Source: Balanoglossus misakiensis
Lineage: Eukaryota; Animalia; Hemichordata
DNA length: 64,000 bases
Direction: 5' to 3'
Assembly: GCA_040954595.2 (NCBI GenBank)
Contig: CM082593.2
Coordinates: 8,999,200-9,063,199 of the forward strand
Shown one piece after another: positions 13,801 to 28,338 of this stretch (the first letter of the stretch is position 1; every line of letters starts with the position of its first letter). Made by a program: the position numbers and the translations under genes. Below the pieces are notes generated by a model, which did no database searches, was not told the origin of the DNA, and was given only the letters and a program-made list of their open reading frames with translations.

Positions 13801-13993
13801 CAAAAACTGGTAGTGGTAGGGCGACAGTGTCTTCCCAACATCGAAATTCTGACTTTGGGAAGCGTTACAGCGCCGAACAGTAAACTCACAGTCGCATGGA
13901 ATTCATGCGTTGTTTTACACCGTGCGAGTAAATTGTACGTCGTTCGTGGCCTCGAGTCAGCTTTGTCATTGTGGGGCAGGTGGTACCGTAACA

Positions 13994-14413
13994 CCACAGA
14001 GGGGCTCTCCCTCCGCAATTTTATTGTGTGTTTGTTTGTTGTTGTTGTTGATTGGCATTATAAACAAATACATATTTCTTTGTCAATAAATATGGTTTGT
14101 TGACATGTAAGGGTTAGGTTATTAGGGTATATTTGACAGGTTATGGTATATTCAACTGTTAGTATTAGAGTTGGCATTTTTGCGATCCACGGCCAGCATC
14201 ACCCTCTCTTCGTGGCTTAGTGATGCCCGGGGCCGTGGATCGAAAAAAGTGCCAACACTAATGCTAACCGTTGAATATTCCCTAACACTTACATGTCAAC
14301 AAACCATATTTATTAATAAAGAAATATGTATTTGTTTATAATGCCAATCATCAACAACAACAACAACAACAAACAAACAAACAATAAAATCGCGGAGGGA
14401 GAGCCCCCTGTGG
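13994..14413. mobile_element. Palindromic (fold-back) MITE
   Basis: ~190-bp arms are near-perfect reverse complements (CCACAGAGGGGCTCTCCCTCCGC... / ...GCGGAGGGAGAGCCCCCTGTGG); flanking direct repeat TAACA at 13989-13993 and 14414-14418. Confidence 0.85.
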
Positions 14414-16640
14414 TAACACACTACAGTATAACTTTTAAGGCAAAGCAATAGCGAATAAACTGACCAGAATTAGTTTTGTTGTTGGGGAGATTTTTGGCAC
14501 CATCGAGACTGTTATAAGCTACCAGTGTCAGCTATGGCATAGCTGTTAACACGCAGCCCTGCCACGCAGAGCTACTATGACTGGTTACTAACTTCTATGT
14601 CTATTTGATTCACAGATGCTGCCTGAAAATGTCTGCGTTTCAACTCGGGATTCTCTTCCTCGTCCGAGGCGAGTTTAAGACCGCTCAATGGTAAGCATGA
14701 CTTGCTATATATTTTCTTTTATCACGCGTTGCAAACGGTACAATAGGAAGCAATGTATGTCTACGAACTAATTTACACATTCCAGCTTTCAATACTTGTT
14801 TTTTCCCCTTCGAATTCTGGCCTTGATTGCCTGTGATATGGTAGTGATGACATGAATTAAATGGACAACTCACAAGTTCAAATCTTAACATGGAGCATAG
14901 AATAAATTTGGATGCATTTCTTTAAACATATAGCTAAAATTACTCCCATACCAATACACAGGGAGATACTGTAGCTTTGGCTGAACATGCGCTAGTCCAA
15001 CACCATGCTTAATCAAACTGGCTAAGAAGTCTATTATCATATTAGACTTATGAAGGACAGTAATGTTGTTTAAAGTGACAAAAACAATAATTTAGGTCAG
15101 AAAGAAAAATGTAAATCATGACACAAACAGGCTGGATATTTTTTCTGACCCTATATTATACCATGTTTTGCATATTTTCACTATTTAGTATTGCCCACAT
15201 AATTCTAAAGCAAGGTTGATTGGTTACTTATTAATATGCATATATTTGATTCACAGTCTTAAACACAGCATTTCAACGTATGCCGGAGGAGGGAGAGAAT
15301 ACCTAGGCCTGATCCAAGACCGCTTTCCGGTAAGCACAACTTGCTGTATACATGCTCCATAGCTTGTTTGTAAAGGCTACCTTTTCCCATCAAACAGTGA
15401 AGTCGCCCTTTCAAAATTATGGTGGTGGCAAGCCACAACTGGTTATCATGAAGAGTTGGACACCACTAATAATCATTTTAATATTTTCCAATGGGTAACC
15501 TTTATGTAACACTATCCTCAACAATTTCAGTCAACAAGATTTATATTTCGCTGTATAGCAAGGCCGAACAAATATGACTGATTGATAGGGATTTATCTGA
15601 AAATATGACAAAATCAACAAATACAGAATAATAAGTCACCAAACATGTATCATGTTTTATTCGAGGGAACATGAGCAGGGTCCCATAAACCTGCGAACCC
15701 ATGCTACCCATGACTTTACAAATGTTTCCGTCATACTATGCAGAAAATTCTGGCTGCTTTAAATAGGTTTTCACTTTGCACTAGGGGGTCAAATCCCATT
15801 GCATTCTGGGCGAAAAGTTCACAACCAACTGTAGTAAGAGATAGAAGAAATGATATGTTTACTGTATTTCATGACTTCCTTTGGTCAAACATGTCTGTCT
15901 CTGTAGTTAGCATATTAAACCCATTAAACTGTTTTTCACATTTTGTTATTTTTTCTGTTAAAAAGTTCCAGAATGACCCATCATCACTTTAGCATATGAA
16001 CTCCCATTTCTTTAACATGGCAAAAATCGGCCATCTTGAAATTGTCGACCGTATGAGATTTTCATCACTCACTTAGGGTAGCTTAAAACGTATTTCAGGG
16101 GAGAATTGTATAGGCATGACTTGGTCTGTAAATTTGATGAAATACCTACCTGCAAATTGTTCACAAGCAGCTGACTGTACTGAAAGACTGGAAGTGTTGT
16201 GTACTTATTTTACAAATTCAATATTTGTAATTAGACCATGTCATGTATATCTTGGGGATTGCTCGATCGCAATGTCTCTGCTGGTACAATGTCCTTTTAA
16301 CTTGTACAGTAATATGGTAGTGATTGTAAGTTTGTGTGCAGCATTTGTAAATTATTTTCAATTTATAAATTATTTCTAAGTTTCTTCATTCTCAAATTGC
16401 TTGCCCAACTGCATTAAAATTTAAATTTTGGTATGATTTTGAGTAGGCTTTCTGTTTCAAATTTATTTTCTACACTTTTTGAAATTTTTTGGTAAAATGA
16501 TTTTCCATGGAAAATCTGATTTCCCTGTAATTCGGTTGACAGGATTTTCACCAGATCTCTAAATCATGAAGTACATGTATCAGAATTGCATCGCCCCCTC
16601 CCCCCCAAAAAAAATTCTAGTCACCCTTGGCATGTAGTAT

Positions 16641-19172
16641 TAGTGGAGCGGCCAAACCCCAATTTTCATCGCGATTGTGCATTTTGTGATAAAAACACCA
16701 AACTTGGCTCAGATGTGTGTTACTGTGTACTAAGCAAATTCAGATAGCGAGCCACTTAATATCTGTTAACGGGTAGCCATGGCAACCATTTTTCAAAATG
16801 GCCGCCACTACATTAATCTTTCACACAAAATAACGACTAAAGAACACCAAGGTACTTTCAGATTATGATATTTGAAACCAGAAACTATAGAAAGGGTATT
16901 TGTGGTCACCGAAATAGTTCTGAATATAGAATAAAGGATAAAACACAGTTTAACGTCTACAGTACAGCAGCATAACAAATCGATTGTGCATTTTGTGATA
17001 CAAGCACCAAACTTGGCTATGTGCATTAATGTGTACTAAACAAATTCAGATAGTGAGCCACAATATCTGTTGATGAGTTTCCATGGCAACTATTTTTTCA
17101 TTTTTTCAAAATGGCCGCCAATACAGATAATCTCACCCACAAAATAACAATTATAAAACTCCAAAATAAATTCATATTACAAAATTTGAAACAAGAAACT
17201 GCTCAAAGAGTAATTTCTAAAATTTTTATCATCACTGAACTAGTTAAAGGGGTAAATACAGGATCGAGATTCAGTCGCTAAAGAAATTCAAGTTTGGTAA
17301 TAACCACGATTACAACAAACTTAGTTAAAACACTGTATAACCATAGATATATTATAATAGTGACCTGGCATAAACAACATTTTCATAAAATTTGGGCATT
17401 TTGTGATAAAAGTTTAACAGGTAAACCTCAGTTGATTCGTTATTTTCCCCATAAAAATATCTTTCATGAACAAAATTCCAAATTTAGTCAACCCAGGAAA
17501 AAACGGCATCTTGTTTCTCAACCTTATAAATTGATCTGACCAGTTTGAATCAGTGCAGAATCTAGCTTTTCTATTTTATCTTCATCAAATGATTCATGCA
17601 AATAAAGAATCACTTCCCCATAAAATGATGGCAGAAAGCCAGTATCATGACAGTCGATTGGTTTGTTAAAGTTACTATAGAAACTAACTATGTCTAGGTT
17701 GTATGTACATAGATAGATGCTAGGAATCAAAATCAAAATCTGTTTCAAACTTTTCATCCAATACTTGTCCTTCGGAAAGCGTTTTGATGAAGTCGCTTGA
17801 AGTGCTTTGTATTGCTCATGTTATCGATAATTTTAATCGCACCTTGATGATAGTCAGCAGTTCTATTTTGACATGTTATGTTGTGTTTTTTGAACCCCCA
17901 AAATCAAAGAATAAAATGATAAAATGAAAATAAGCTTCAAAACACCAAAAGTCTTCAGGATCACAGCTTTTCTGTAAAGAGTAAGATTTCGCTTACTTCA
18001 TGCTATTAAATGAAATGAAGTTTTCCTAATATCTCTTGCAAAGTCGGATCTTTACACATTGAGATATTAGAATGAAAGTACATTCCAAGTGACTTGTTGG
18101 GAGCATTGGGCCACCTAATCCCAGAAAATTGCAATAATACCTGTTTTTCCATTTACCAATCTAAAGGCCAACTGCTTGTATCTTTAGTTGGGTTTTTATA
18201 ATTAACACACATTTTTGACAATATTTATGGCATGATGAACACTATTCTTGACAAATAAAATAATGTTGTGTCCCCCGGTGTAATTTTTATGAGTTTGGAA
18301 TCATAGACACCATTTATCTTTTGGTCAACTCTGTTAACAGTCGCCAAAATTGCTGGAGTCGAACTGATACATGATCTAAAGTATCAAGACATATGGTCGA
18401 TTATTAACGTTTCAGCAATTCGACTTAAGTTTCTTTAATTTCCTATGGCATTTTGACAAACATCAACGCCCCGAAAAAAACGTTGTCAACGCTGCGGTCG
18501 CGATTGTGGTCGAAACAAAGCCAACATTTTCGCATGGTTTGTTACCCGGGGTCCATTTAGATTGCATTGCGTTTGAGGCCCTATGTGTATGTCTGTCGAC
18601 CAATAAACGCGACGACCGTGGACTCAGTTTGGATCAACGTCTATTTCGGGCAGTGGACTCTCAGTTGATAAGGAAATTTTACCAGTCACGAGTAAGCTAA
18701 GCCCGCATCCGTGTGCAATTCGAATATATCGGTGATCTGTTAATATGATTATCATTGGCTAAGGTGGTAAACTGTTGTGATTCATATGACGTGTAATTTA
18801 TGTACTGCAAGTTAAATATCGCAATTAGCCTAATGTTTGACGATAGACAGTATGGTTTCACTTCTAGAGGAGCACCTATTAATTAGTTTAGTAACCATAA
18901 TATCTTTGCAAATCATTCTTTACACAGTTCCTTGTATCAAATATAGTAATCTAAATTTATTTTGGTGTTTACAGTTGTTATTTGGTGGGTGAAATTATCT
19001 GTATTGGTGGCCATTTTGAAAAATCGGTTGCCATGGAAACTCATCAACAGATATTTAGTGGCTCGCTATCTGAATTTGTTTAGTACACATTAACACACAT
19101 CTGAGCCAAGTTTGGTGCTTTTATCACAAAATGCACAATCGCTATGAAAATTAGGGTTTGGCCGCTCCACTA
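16641..19172. mobile_element. Non-autonomous Academ-type DNA transposon
   Basis: ~170-bp TIRs starting TAGTGGAGCGGCCAAACCC and ending GGGTTTGGCCGCTCCACTA; TAT TSD (16638-16640, 19173-19175); empty site in duplicate copy B at ~24990. TAGTG termini with 3-bp TSD fit Academ. Confidence 0.85.
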
Positions 19173-19840
19173 TATTAGCCATTGATCTGGGAAAGTTACA
19201 AAAATGTGTTGTCCAAGCACGTTGAAGGTACAAGTGGTTTTTACACTAGCTATGAAGGCATTTTATTAAAATTATTAGGTCCCGTTTGGTATATGTATTT
19301 ATACCATGGGACCTTACAGGATCAGTTGCACCTGTATGTATGGATGTCTGTATGGATGTTTGTCTGTGTGTCCATCAACATCAAACATTTGGAAACTACT
19401 GGCGTGTGACCTTGATATTTAGTGTGGAGATGTAGGCAAGGCAGTAGGTGGGAGTTTGTCTAAATGAAGTTGTTATTGCCAAAATATGCAAGTGAGCTGG
19501 GAAAGTGTCAAATTTGTCAAAACTGAGGAACTCAAAAACTACTGGGTAAATTCCTTTAAAAATTGAAAATTGATATGCATGTACCTTATAGTAACCTCAC
19601 ACAGCCCTTTATGTTGTCAGCTTATGTGAATTTCCAATGTTTATGCATTTTTTGTCTCCACATTATCGGTAAAAAATCTACTTTTCTGGAATTGATCAGC
19701 TGACTTGTTTGAAATTTAGTATGAAGATTCGCAGGTGATCTGAGTTACCATAGTTTTGATGAAAGTGTTTCAAAATTTGTGTATTTTAATTGTGTAGCAA
19801 TTTTTAGGTCCCATGGCATGTGGTTTGTGAATATATTTAA

Positions 19841-20155
19841 CCCTAACAGTGCCAAGTCAGTAGGAAACGTAGTTATTTTCCTACCCCCCTAGAATCCCGG
19901 GCATACTTGACTGTGGAGAAATGAATTGGTATCAGACTGTGTAATGTCAAATATTTGAACAGCTGAGTACATACTAAACCGCCTCTGCTGGGTAATTTGA
20001 TCAGGCCAAGATGATCATAAACAGTGGATACAGCTAGATTTAGGCAAACGACCCTGTCTAAATACACACATGGCAGCTAATCAAAGAAACCAACACTGTC
20101 TAAATACGTATTCCAGTGATGATACGTATCTATATGGACTTGAGACTCTAACGGG
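19841..20155. mobile_element. Possible piggyBac-type MITE
   Basis: TTAA-CCCTAACAGTGCCAAGTC ... GACTTGAGACTCTAACGGG-TTAT; absent from the paralogous position (~25620) in copy B. Confidence 0.5.
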
Positions 20156-21680
20156 TTATGACACCCGGTAGCAATAGGGAAATATACGATTGGGACCTTA
20201 TGGAATGACTTGCATCTGTATGTATGGATGAACGGATGAAAACTGCTGTGCATATCACTTCCATATTTAGTGTGTAGATGAAGGCGGGGCTGTAGATGGG
20301 ATTTTGTTCAAATGAGGTTGCCATTGCCAAAAGTATTACCTGTGAAAATGTGAAATTGGTCAAAAGTCAGAAACTCAGCAACCACTGGTCAGATTGATCT
20401 GAAAACTTGTATGTCAATAAACCCCATACAGTCCTGTATGCTTTGAGCTAATATTATGAATTTTCTAATGTTTATTAATTTTTTGTCTTTTTCCAAATTA
20501 TTGGTAAAAAAATCTTCACTTCTGAAAGCGATAGTCCGACTCCTTCGAAATTTAGTATGAAGCTTCCTATAGATGGTCCGAGTTACCATATTTTTTGTTC
20601 AGATTGTTGTAAAATAGGCATATTTATAATTTTGAGCAATTATGCCAATTTTGGTCAGAATGCTTTGCAATTTGGTAGGCAGATTCCCAGGGGTAACCCA
20701 AGTGAAATGTCTTAAAAATGGTTAAAACTTCATCTTTGTCTTATTTGGAGATATTTTATGCAATCTTTGTCAAAAACTGTTTTCTCTGAAAACGTTCAAA
20801 CCGTTGTCTGGTTGCTTTGAACTTTGGCAGGAATGTTCCTTGTAGTGATTGAAGTAAGATGGTGTACAATTATAGTGATTTTTGCATATTTGTGTTTTTG
20901 CCACTTTTGAACAAATGTGTTTTTCTTTGAAACTGCTTTTTTGATGGCTTTGAAATATGGTAGGAAAATTCCTAGGGGTAACCCAAATTTTTTTTCTGAT
21001 TGCTTTAGAAGTTGGTTTACAATTTCATAACACATGTACCTGTATGTGCGACTTTTATTAAAGTCTGGTTTTTAATATTTAGGTAGTTTTGTTGTAAATT
21101 CTTTGTTTTTGGATAGCAAATCTTCTCTTGAACCAATTGCCCAGTTTCTTTGAAAGTTACTGTTAACAAGGTGAGTTGGTACACCCAACTTAGACTTTTA
21201 CATCCAACTTAGAGCTACTATGACTGGTTACTAACTTCTAGGTCTATTTGATTCTCAGATGCTGCCTGAGATTGCCTGCATTTCAACTCAGGATTCTCTT
21301 CCTCGTCTGGGGCGAGTTTAAGACCGCTCAATGGTAAGCATGACTTGCTATATATTTGCTTTTATCGGGCGTTGCAACCGAAGCAATAGGAAGCAATTTG
21401 TATGTCTACGAACTAATTTACACATTCCAGTTATCAATACTTTTTTTTCCCTTCGAATTCTGGCCTCGATTGCCTGTGATATGATCGTGATGACATGAAT
21501 TAAATGGTCAAGTTCAAATCTTCATGTGATGCATAAATTAAATTTGGATGCATTTCCTTAACCATATAGCTAGAAATTACTCCCATATCAATACACAGGG
21601 AGATACCGTAACTTTGGCTGAAAGTGTGCTAGTCCAACACCATGCTTAATCAAACTGGCTAAAGAGATCTATTATTATAG

Positions 21681-23032
21681 ATAGATAGATAGATAGATAG
21701 ATAGTTTTATTTCACCAGAAAGATGCATTTTACATAACTGGTGCGGACCAGGGAAGTAGTTCTAGTGGAACTAGTCGTGTCCCTGGCCCTAAATACATAC
21801 AAATCATTGAAACAATTAATATAATTGCCAATTCATATCACAAAACAATAGTTGGTAGTCAAACAACGCGGTGACAAAGTAAACAGGTTTATAAAAGAGG
21901 TTAAATTAATCTATGCTCAACAGGTACATTTTCAGAGAGCTTTTAAATAAATTCCTTGATTGAATTGATTTTATTTGTGTGGGAATTTCATTCCAATGCT
22001 TGGCAATAGAATAGTATAAATTATTTTGAGATGAAGTAAGTTTTACTTTGGGAAGCGTAAACTTATCAGTAGAGGCAAATCTTGTAAAATATTTGTGTGA
22101 TACAAATGAAGCATAGCGATCTAGTGAGTGGGCGTAATGCCCTGCCTTTAGATCATACGCAAAAACACAAGTTTGAAATTTACAGAGTTTGTAAACATTA
22201 AGAATTCCAAGTTGCTGAAAAAGTGGTGCGCTATGTGTATTGGGGCTAGAAAATGTTATAAGTCTTACAAGTCTCTTTTGCAATTTGAAAATACAATCTA
22301 AATAGGTTTTATACGCATTTCCCCATATTTCGATACAAACAAAACCTACGGTCAGAGAGCTTTTTCAGTTTGTGCGCCCATTTTATGGAACAATTTACCC
22401 CTTGATATCAAAACCGCAAGAAGTGTCAATATTTTTAAGCGTAATTTGAAAACATACCTTTTTACTCGGTTTTATGTGTAACGTGTTCGATTGTGTCCTT
22501 TTAACTATTTTTACCAGCCTTGTATTTTTTAATCTACTCTTTTAGCTATGTACAATGCGCTGAGACGTATGTGTAGCGCATTTTAAACAATTCTTAATAA
22601 TAATAATAATAATAATAATAATACATTATATGGGGAAGGATAAGACAATTGTATAATAATAAAATTATAGACTTAGGGAGATAATGGTGTACATATGAAA
22701 TAATACCGATTTTTTGGCTAACCTTCTTAAAAATAATGTTGATGTGAGACTTCCAGGATAATGATGAGTCAAGAGTAACTCCAAGATAAACAGCAGAAGA
22801 AACATTATGTAATGGTAAATCAGAGACATATAAATCTCCCTCAGGTTTAAACTTCGCCTGGGCTGTTTTGAAAATAACATAGTTTGTTTTGTCAATATTA
22901 ATAGTAAGTTTATTTGACTTACACCAGGTCTGTACTTTAGTTAGCTCAACATTCAGAGTGGCAAGATCAATTTTGTCCTGCTTATCTGAACAAAATAAAT
23001 TGGTATCGTCAGCAAATAACCTGAATTGAAAA
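21681..23032 (-). mobile_element. 5'-truncated CR1/L2-superclade LINE (Crack/Daphne-like 3' region), interrupted by an L2 insertion
   Basis: ORF 22594-23046 has LFADDT and YLGVTLDSSLSWKSHI; ORF 21906-22283 (QKRLVRLIT..HSAPLF..L.IL) is the RT C-terminal region; (TATC)n tail at ~21681-21703; absent from copy A. Confidence 0.88.
22338..22620 (+). mobile_element. Short 3' fragment of an L2 LINE nested in the opposite-strand LINE
   Basis: Translates TKTYGQRAFSVCAPILWNNLPLDIKTARSVNIFKRNLKTYLF*, similar to the L2 at 4967; (TAA)n tail; removing it restores the host frame PHIMY|CIEIWG. Confidence 0.88.
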
Positions 23033-26000
23033 TAGTATAGACACATGAAGGAAAGTAATGTTGTTTAGAGTGAAATAAAACAATACCTTAGGCCGCAAAG
23101 AAAAATATAAATCATGACACAAACAGGCTGGATTTTTTTTTCAAAAATGTGTGCGTAAGATCACATTGGCTGATGGTGACCAAAGCCAGAGAAGCGCAGT
23201 CCTGAATTCGGAAATCTGATCAGTACCAGAAACTTGCTCAAGGCTACTAAATGCACAAAAAGTTTTGAGAATCTTTATAAAGATAAAAAATCACCAAGCG
23301 ACTATTGGGCTTGTCTGTGTTCAATATGTTTTCCCTGGTAACAACATCTACTTCCGCCACCACGCCATGAGATATACTGACAGCCACGTTTGAAACATTT
23401 TAGTATACTGATATTTAAAGTTTAAATTTTAAGGCTTACTTTTCTATACTTAAATAAATGTTTTATAATTGCCAACAATGTACATTCTTATGCTAATCAG
23501 TTGTATGAAAAGTGAGATGGATCAAATGCAAGTTTCATTTTCACAACAAACAAAGAAATCATTGTACAGTGTTACATAGATGTCAAAGTGCGTGTACACC
23601 TTCTGTCATTTACAGAATCTGATATCATGTCAGTTTCAGTTGTCACCTAATTGCAATGTTTGGGGTATATACCCATGTGGACCACTTTACTGCAGTACTG
23701 ATGTAAATGGAGTTTTAAGATCGACGTATTCCACTGTTGTACATTATCGCAGCACAGTCTGACCGTACATTATACCATGTTTTGCATATTTTCACTAATT
23801 AGTATGGCCCACATAATTCTAAAACAAAGTTGATTGGTTACTAATTAATATTTGCATATATTTGATTCACAGTCTTAAACACAGCATTTCAACGTATGCC
23901 GGAGGAGGAAGAGAATACCTAGGCCTTTTCCAAGACCGCTTTCCGGTAAGCACAACTTGCTGTATACATGCTCCATAGCTTGTTTGTAAATGCTACCTTT
24001 TCCCATCAAACAGTGGAGTCGCCCTTTCAAAATTATGGTGGTGGCAAGCCACAATCGGTTATCATGGAGAGTCCCATAAACTTACCAGCCCACGCTAGCC
24101 ATGACTTTACAAATGTTTCCCGTCATACTGTGCAGAACATACTGGCTGCCTTAAATAGGTTTTCACTTTGCGCTAGGGGGTCAAATCACATTGCATTCTG
24201 GGCGAAAAGTCCACAACCCACTGTAGTAAGAGATGGAAGAAATGATACATTTTTTGTATTTCATGCTTTGGTCAAACATGTCGTTCTCTGTAGTTAGCAT
24301 ATTAAACTCATTAAACTTTTTTCACATTTTGTTATTTTTTCTGTTAAAAAGTTCAAGAATGACCCATTATCACTTTAGCTTATGAACTCCCATTTCTTTA
24401 ACATGGCAAAAATCGGCCATCTTGAAATTGTCGACAATATGAGATTTTCATCACTCACTTAGGGTAGCTTAAAACGTATTTCAGGGGAGAATTGTATAGG
24501 CATGACTTGGTCTGTAAATTTGATGAAATACCTACCTGCAAATTGTTCACAAGCAGCTGACTGTACTGAAAGACTGGAAGTGTTGTGTACTTATTTTACA
24601 TATTCAATATTTGTAATTAGACCATGTCATGTATATCTTGGGGATTGCTCGATCGCAATGTCTCTGCTGGTACCATGGTAGTAATTGTAAGTTTGTGTGC
24701 GGCATTTGTAAATTATTTATAAATTATTTTGTAAATTTCCTCATTCTCAAATTACTTGCCCAACTGCATTAAACTTTAAATTTTGGTATGATTTTGAGTA
24801 GACTTTTTGTTTCAAAATTATTTTCGACACTTTTGACATTTTTGGGTGATATGATTTTACATGGAAAATCTGATTTCCCTGTAATTTGGTTGACAGGATT
24901 TTCACCATATCTCTAAATCATGAAGTACATGTATCAGAATTTGCATCAGCCCCCCCCCCCCCCAAATTTTAGTCGCCTTTGGAAAGTCATATTAGCCATT
25001 GATCTGGGGAAGTTACAAAAATGTGTTGTCCAAGGGCGTTGAAGGTACAAGTGTTTTTACACTAGCTATGTAGGCATTTTATCAGAATTGTTAGGTCCCA
25101 TTTGGTATTTGTATTTATACCATGGGACCTTATTGGATCAGTTGCACCTGATGTATGTATGGATGTTTGTATGTCCGTCAACATCAAACACTTGGAAACC
25201 TTGATATTTAGTGTGGAGATGCAGGCACAGGGGTAGATGGGAGTTTGTCTAAATGAAGTTGTCATTGCCAAAATATGCAAATTAACTGGGAAAGTGTCTA
25301 ATTCGTCAACTCTGAAACTCGACAACTACTGGGCAAATTGCTTTCAAAATTGAAAATTGGTATGCATGTACCTTACGTTAACCTCACACAATTCTATATG
25401 TTGTGGGCTAATAATGTGATTTTTTTTAATGCATTTTTTGTTTCTTTCCACATTAGCAGTAAAAAATCTACTTTTCTGGAATTGATCAGCTGACTTGTTT
25501 GATAATTAGTATGAAGCTTCATAGGTGATCTGTGTTACCAACCTTAGTTTTGTTTAAATTATTGCCAAAATTTGGGTATTTATAATTTTGGAGCAATTTT
25601 TAGGTCCCATTTGGTTTATGAGCATGTATATGATTGGGACCCGAGGAATCAGTTGCATTTGTATGTATGGAGTGAATGGATGAAAACCGCTGCGCGTATC
25701 ACTTCCATATTTAGTGTGTAAATGCAGTCGGGGCTGTAGATGGGATTTTGTTCAAATGAGGTTGTCATTGCCGAAAGTATTACCTGTGAAAATGTGAAAT
25801 TTGGTCAAAAGTCAGAAACTCGACAACCACTGGTCAGATTGATCTGAAAATTGGTATGTCAATGAACCCATACAGTCCTGTATGTTTTGAGCTAATATTA
25901 TGAATTTTCTAATGTTTATTATTTTTTTTTCTTTTTCCACATTATTGGCAAAAAAAATCTTCACTTCTGAAAGCGATAGTCTGAATCCTTCTAAATTTAG

Positions 26001-28338
26001 TATGAGGTTATATTACATATGCTGGAGTATGATAAGCTGTAGAACATTCATTTGGTGGCCATATTGAATTTATTCAAAATATAAAGTGCAAACGTAAACT
26101 TTTTTTTTTTTTTTCAAAATTGTTCCAAATGTCATAGAGATAGTTTTGAATAAAAACACTAAAATAGCTTGTGTAATACCCAATATACAGCCCAAATATG
26201 GGACTCTAGGAATACTGTTCAGCATATTGAATTTATGCAAATTATGAAATCTGCCCATGTCAAATATTACTTCAAGATGGTTCTTAATGTACATGAAATA
26301 TTTTTATACTTTAAAATCATAGAAAAGGTCGTGTTTATTTCTTGATATTTGGCCCCAAAATTTTCAATATTAAATGTATGCAAATTAGAAATATTTCTAC
26401 AAGGTGGATTCGGGTTCAATTAATCTAGACACCTCTCCAAAATATATTCTGAAGAAAAAAATTCTGTTGCAATTTATGGTGGGTTAGGTCCCCAAATCTC
26501 AAACTTTGGCAGAAATGTTCCTTGTAGTGATTAAAATAAGATGGTGTACAATTATAGTGATTTTTGCATATTTGTGTTTTTGCCACTTTTGAACAAATGT
26601 GTTTTTCTTTGAAACTGTTCTTTTGATTGCATTGAAATTTGGTAGGAATATTCCTAGGGGTAATACTATTTTTTCTGATTGCTTTGGAAGTTAGTTTACA
26701 ATTTCATAACACATGTACCTGTATGTGCGACTTTTATTAAAGTCTGGTTTTTAATATTTAGGTAGTTTTGTTATAAATTCTTTGTTTTTGGATAGCAAAT
26801 CTTCTCTTGAACCAATTGCCCAGTTTCTTTGAAAGTTACTGTATGTTAACAAGGTGATGGTATACCCAACTTAGACTGTATTCACCACATGTTTACGTAA
26901 ATTTAATATGCCAGCTTTTACACAGACCACCAGCTATTCTATTTTGAATTACCCAGTGGCAGGTCACTCAAAATTTTTGAGCAGGTATTCCATGGTTTCT
27001 TGATATCACAAAATCGTCTCGAACAGGTCTCCCATTAGACACTTTTAGCCCCTTGGTTAGCCAATGTCCAAAAACATTTAGGCATTTCAGAGATCATTAG
27101 TCAGTTCATCAGTCCACTTGTTATGTTGGGTTGAAAAACACACACTTGAATTACTTGCTATTTACAGTCCTGCAAGCTGCTTAAAACTTGTGTGGACACT
27201 GATTTTATCATGTTGGGTATCTTCAAACTTTGATACCACCCCTAGCAATTTTTTATACTGACATGGTTTCTCTCCAGTGATTTCAACATCCTACTAGGAA
27301 TACAACCCCTCCTCAACTTCATAATATAGGGCATGAAATTGCAGGTTTTTGAGAACACTATTCAAAATCATCCCCATCAAGTCTGTAAACGTCTTTGGAC
27401 AGATTTCTCTCCAGAGTAAAACGAAACATGCAATAAAGAGACTTTATGCAATAAAAACATGTTGATCATAACTCCAAACAATAATTTGCTATGTACAACA
27501 TGTCAATCGCTAATAGTAGGTATGGCCATAAGCATAAACCTGTTTTTTTGCTATCTTCACTATTCATGTTATCTGACTATATTAATACATTTGCAAGCAT
27601 ACTGTTTCAGACGTAGTGAAGTTGATAAACATTTACGGGTATATTTTTACCTGTTGAAACTTACGGAAGTTGATCAAAAACTGGACACTTCACATAGGAT
27701 TTTTCATCCCCTCTGTAGATTGATAGTCTAACATAGCAGGCAATCTTTCTTTCAAAACTGCAGAGGCCTTTATAAAAAGTTGTTGGCAAGAATGAAAGCT
27801 TGGGGGGGGGGTGTAGGATTTCCTACATTTTAGGTTATTTTTTTATATGCCCCCCAAAAGTTATGACAAAAAATTGATGACACCCTCAGAATTTATACTC
27901 CCTCCCCCATCATACGCTATCCATATTCATATAAATATGTCAATAAACACCATACTGTCCTGTAGGTTTGAGCTAATATTATGAATTTTCTATTTTTTAT
28001 CGTTTTGTCTTTTTCTGCATTATTCGTAAACACATCTTCATTTCTGAAAGCGATAGACTGACTCCTTCAAAATATAGTATGAAGCTGCCTATAGGTGGTC
28101 CGAGTTACCATAGTTTTGTTCAAATCGAAATTGTTGTAAAATTGGCATTTTTAATTTTGAACAATTTTTGCCATTTTTGCTCAAAATGCTTTGAAATTTG
28201 GTACGCAGATTCCTAGGGGGTAACCCAAGTAAGATGTAAAATATGCTTAAAATTGCGTGCTTGTGTTATTGGGGAATTTTTGTACAATTTTTATCAAAAA
28301 CTTTTTTCTCTGAAAGCGCTTGTCAGGTTGCTTTGAAC

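Noticed and set aside
13571-14103. ORFs of 135 and 159 aa on opposite strands
   Set aside because: No recognisable domain; both run into the palindromic MITE, and the plus-strand ORF crosses a splice donor.
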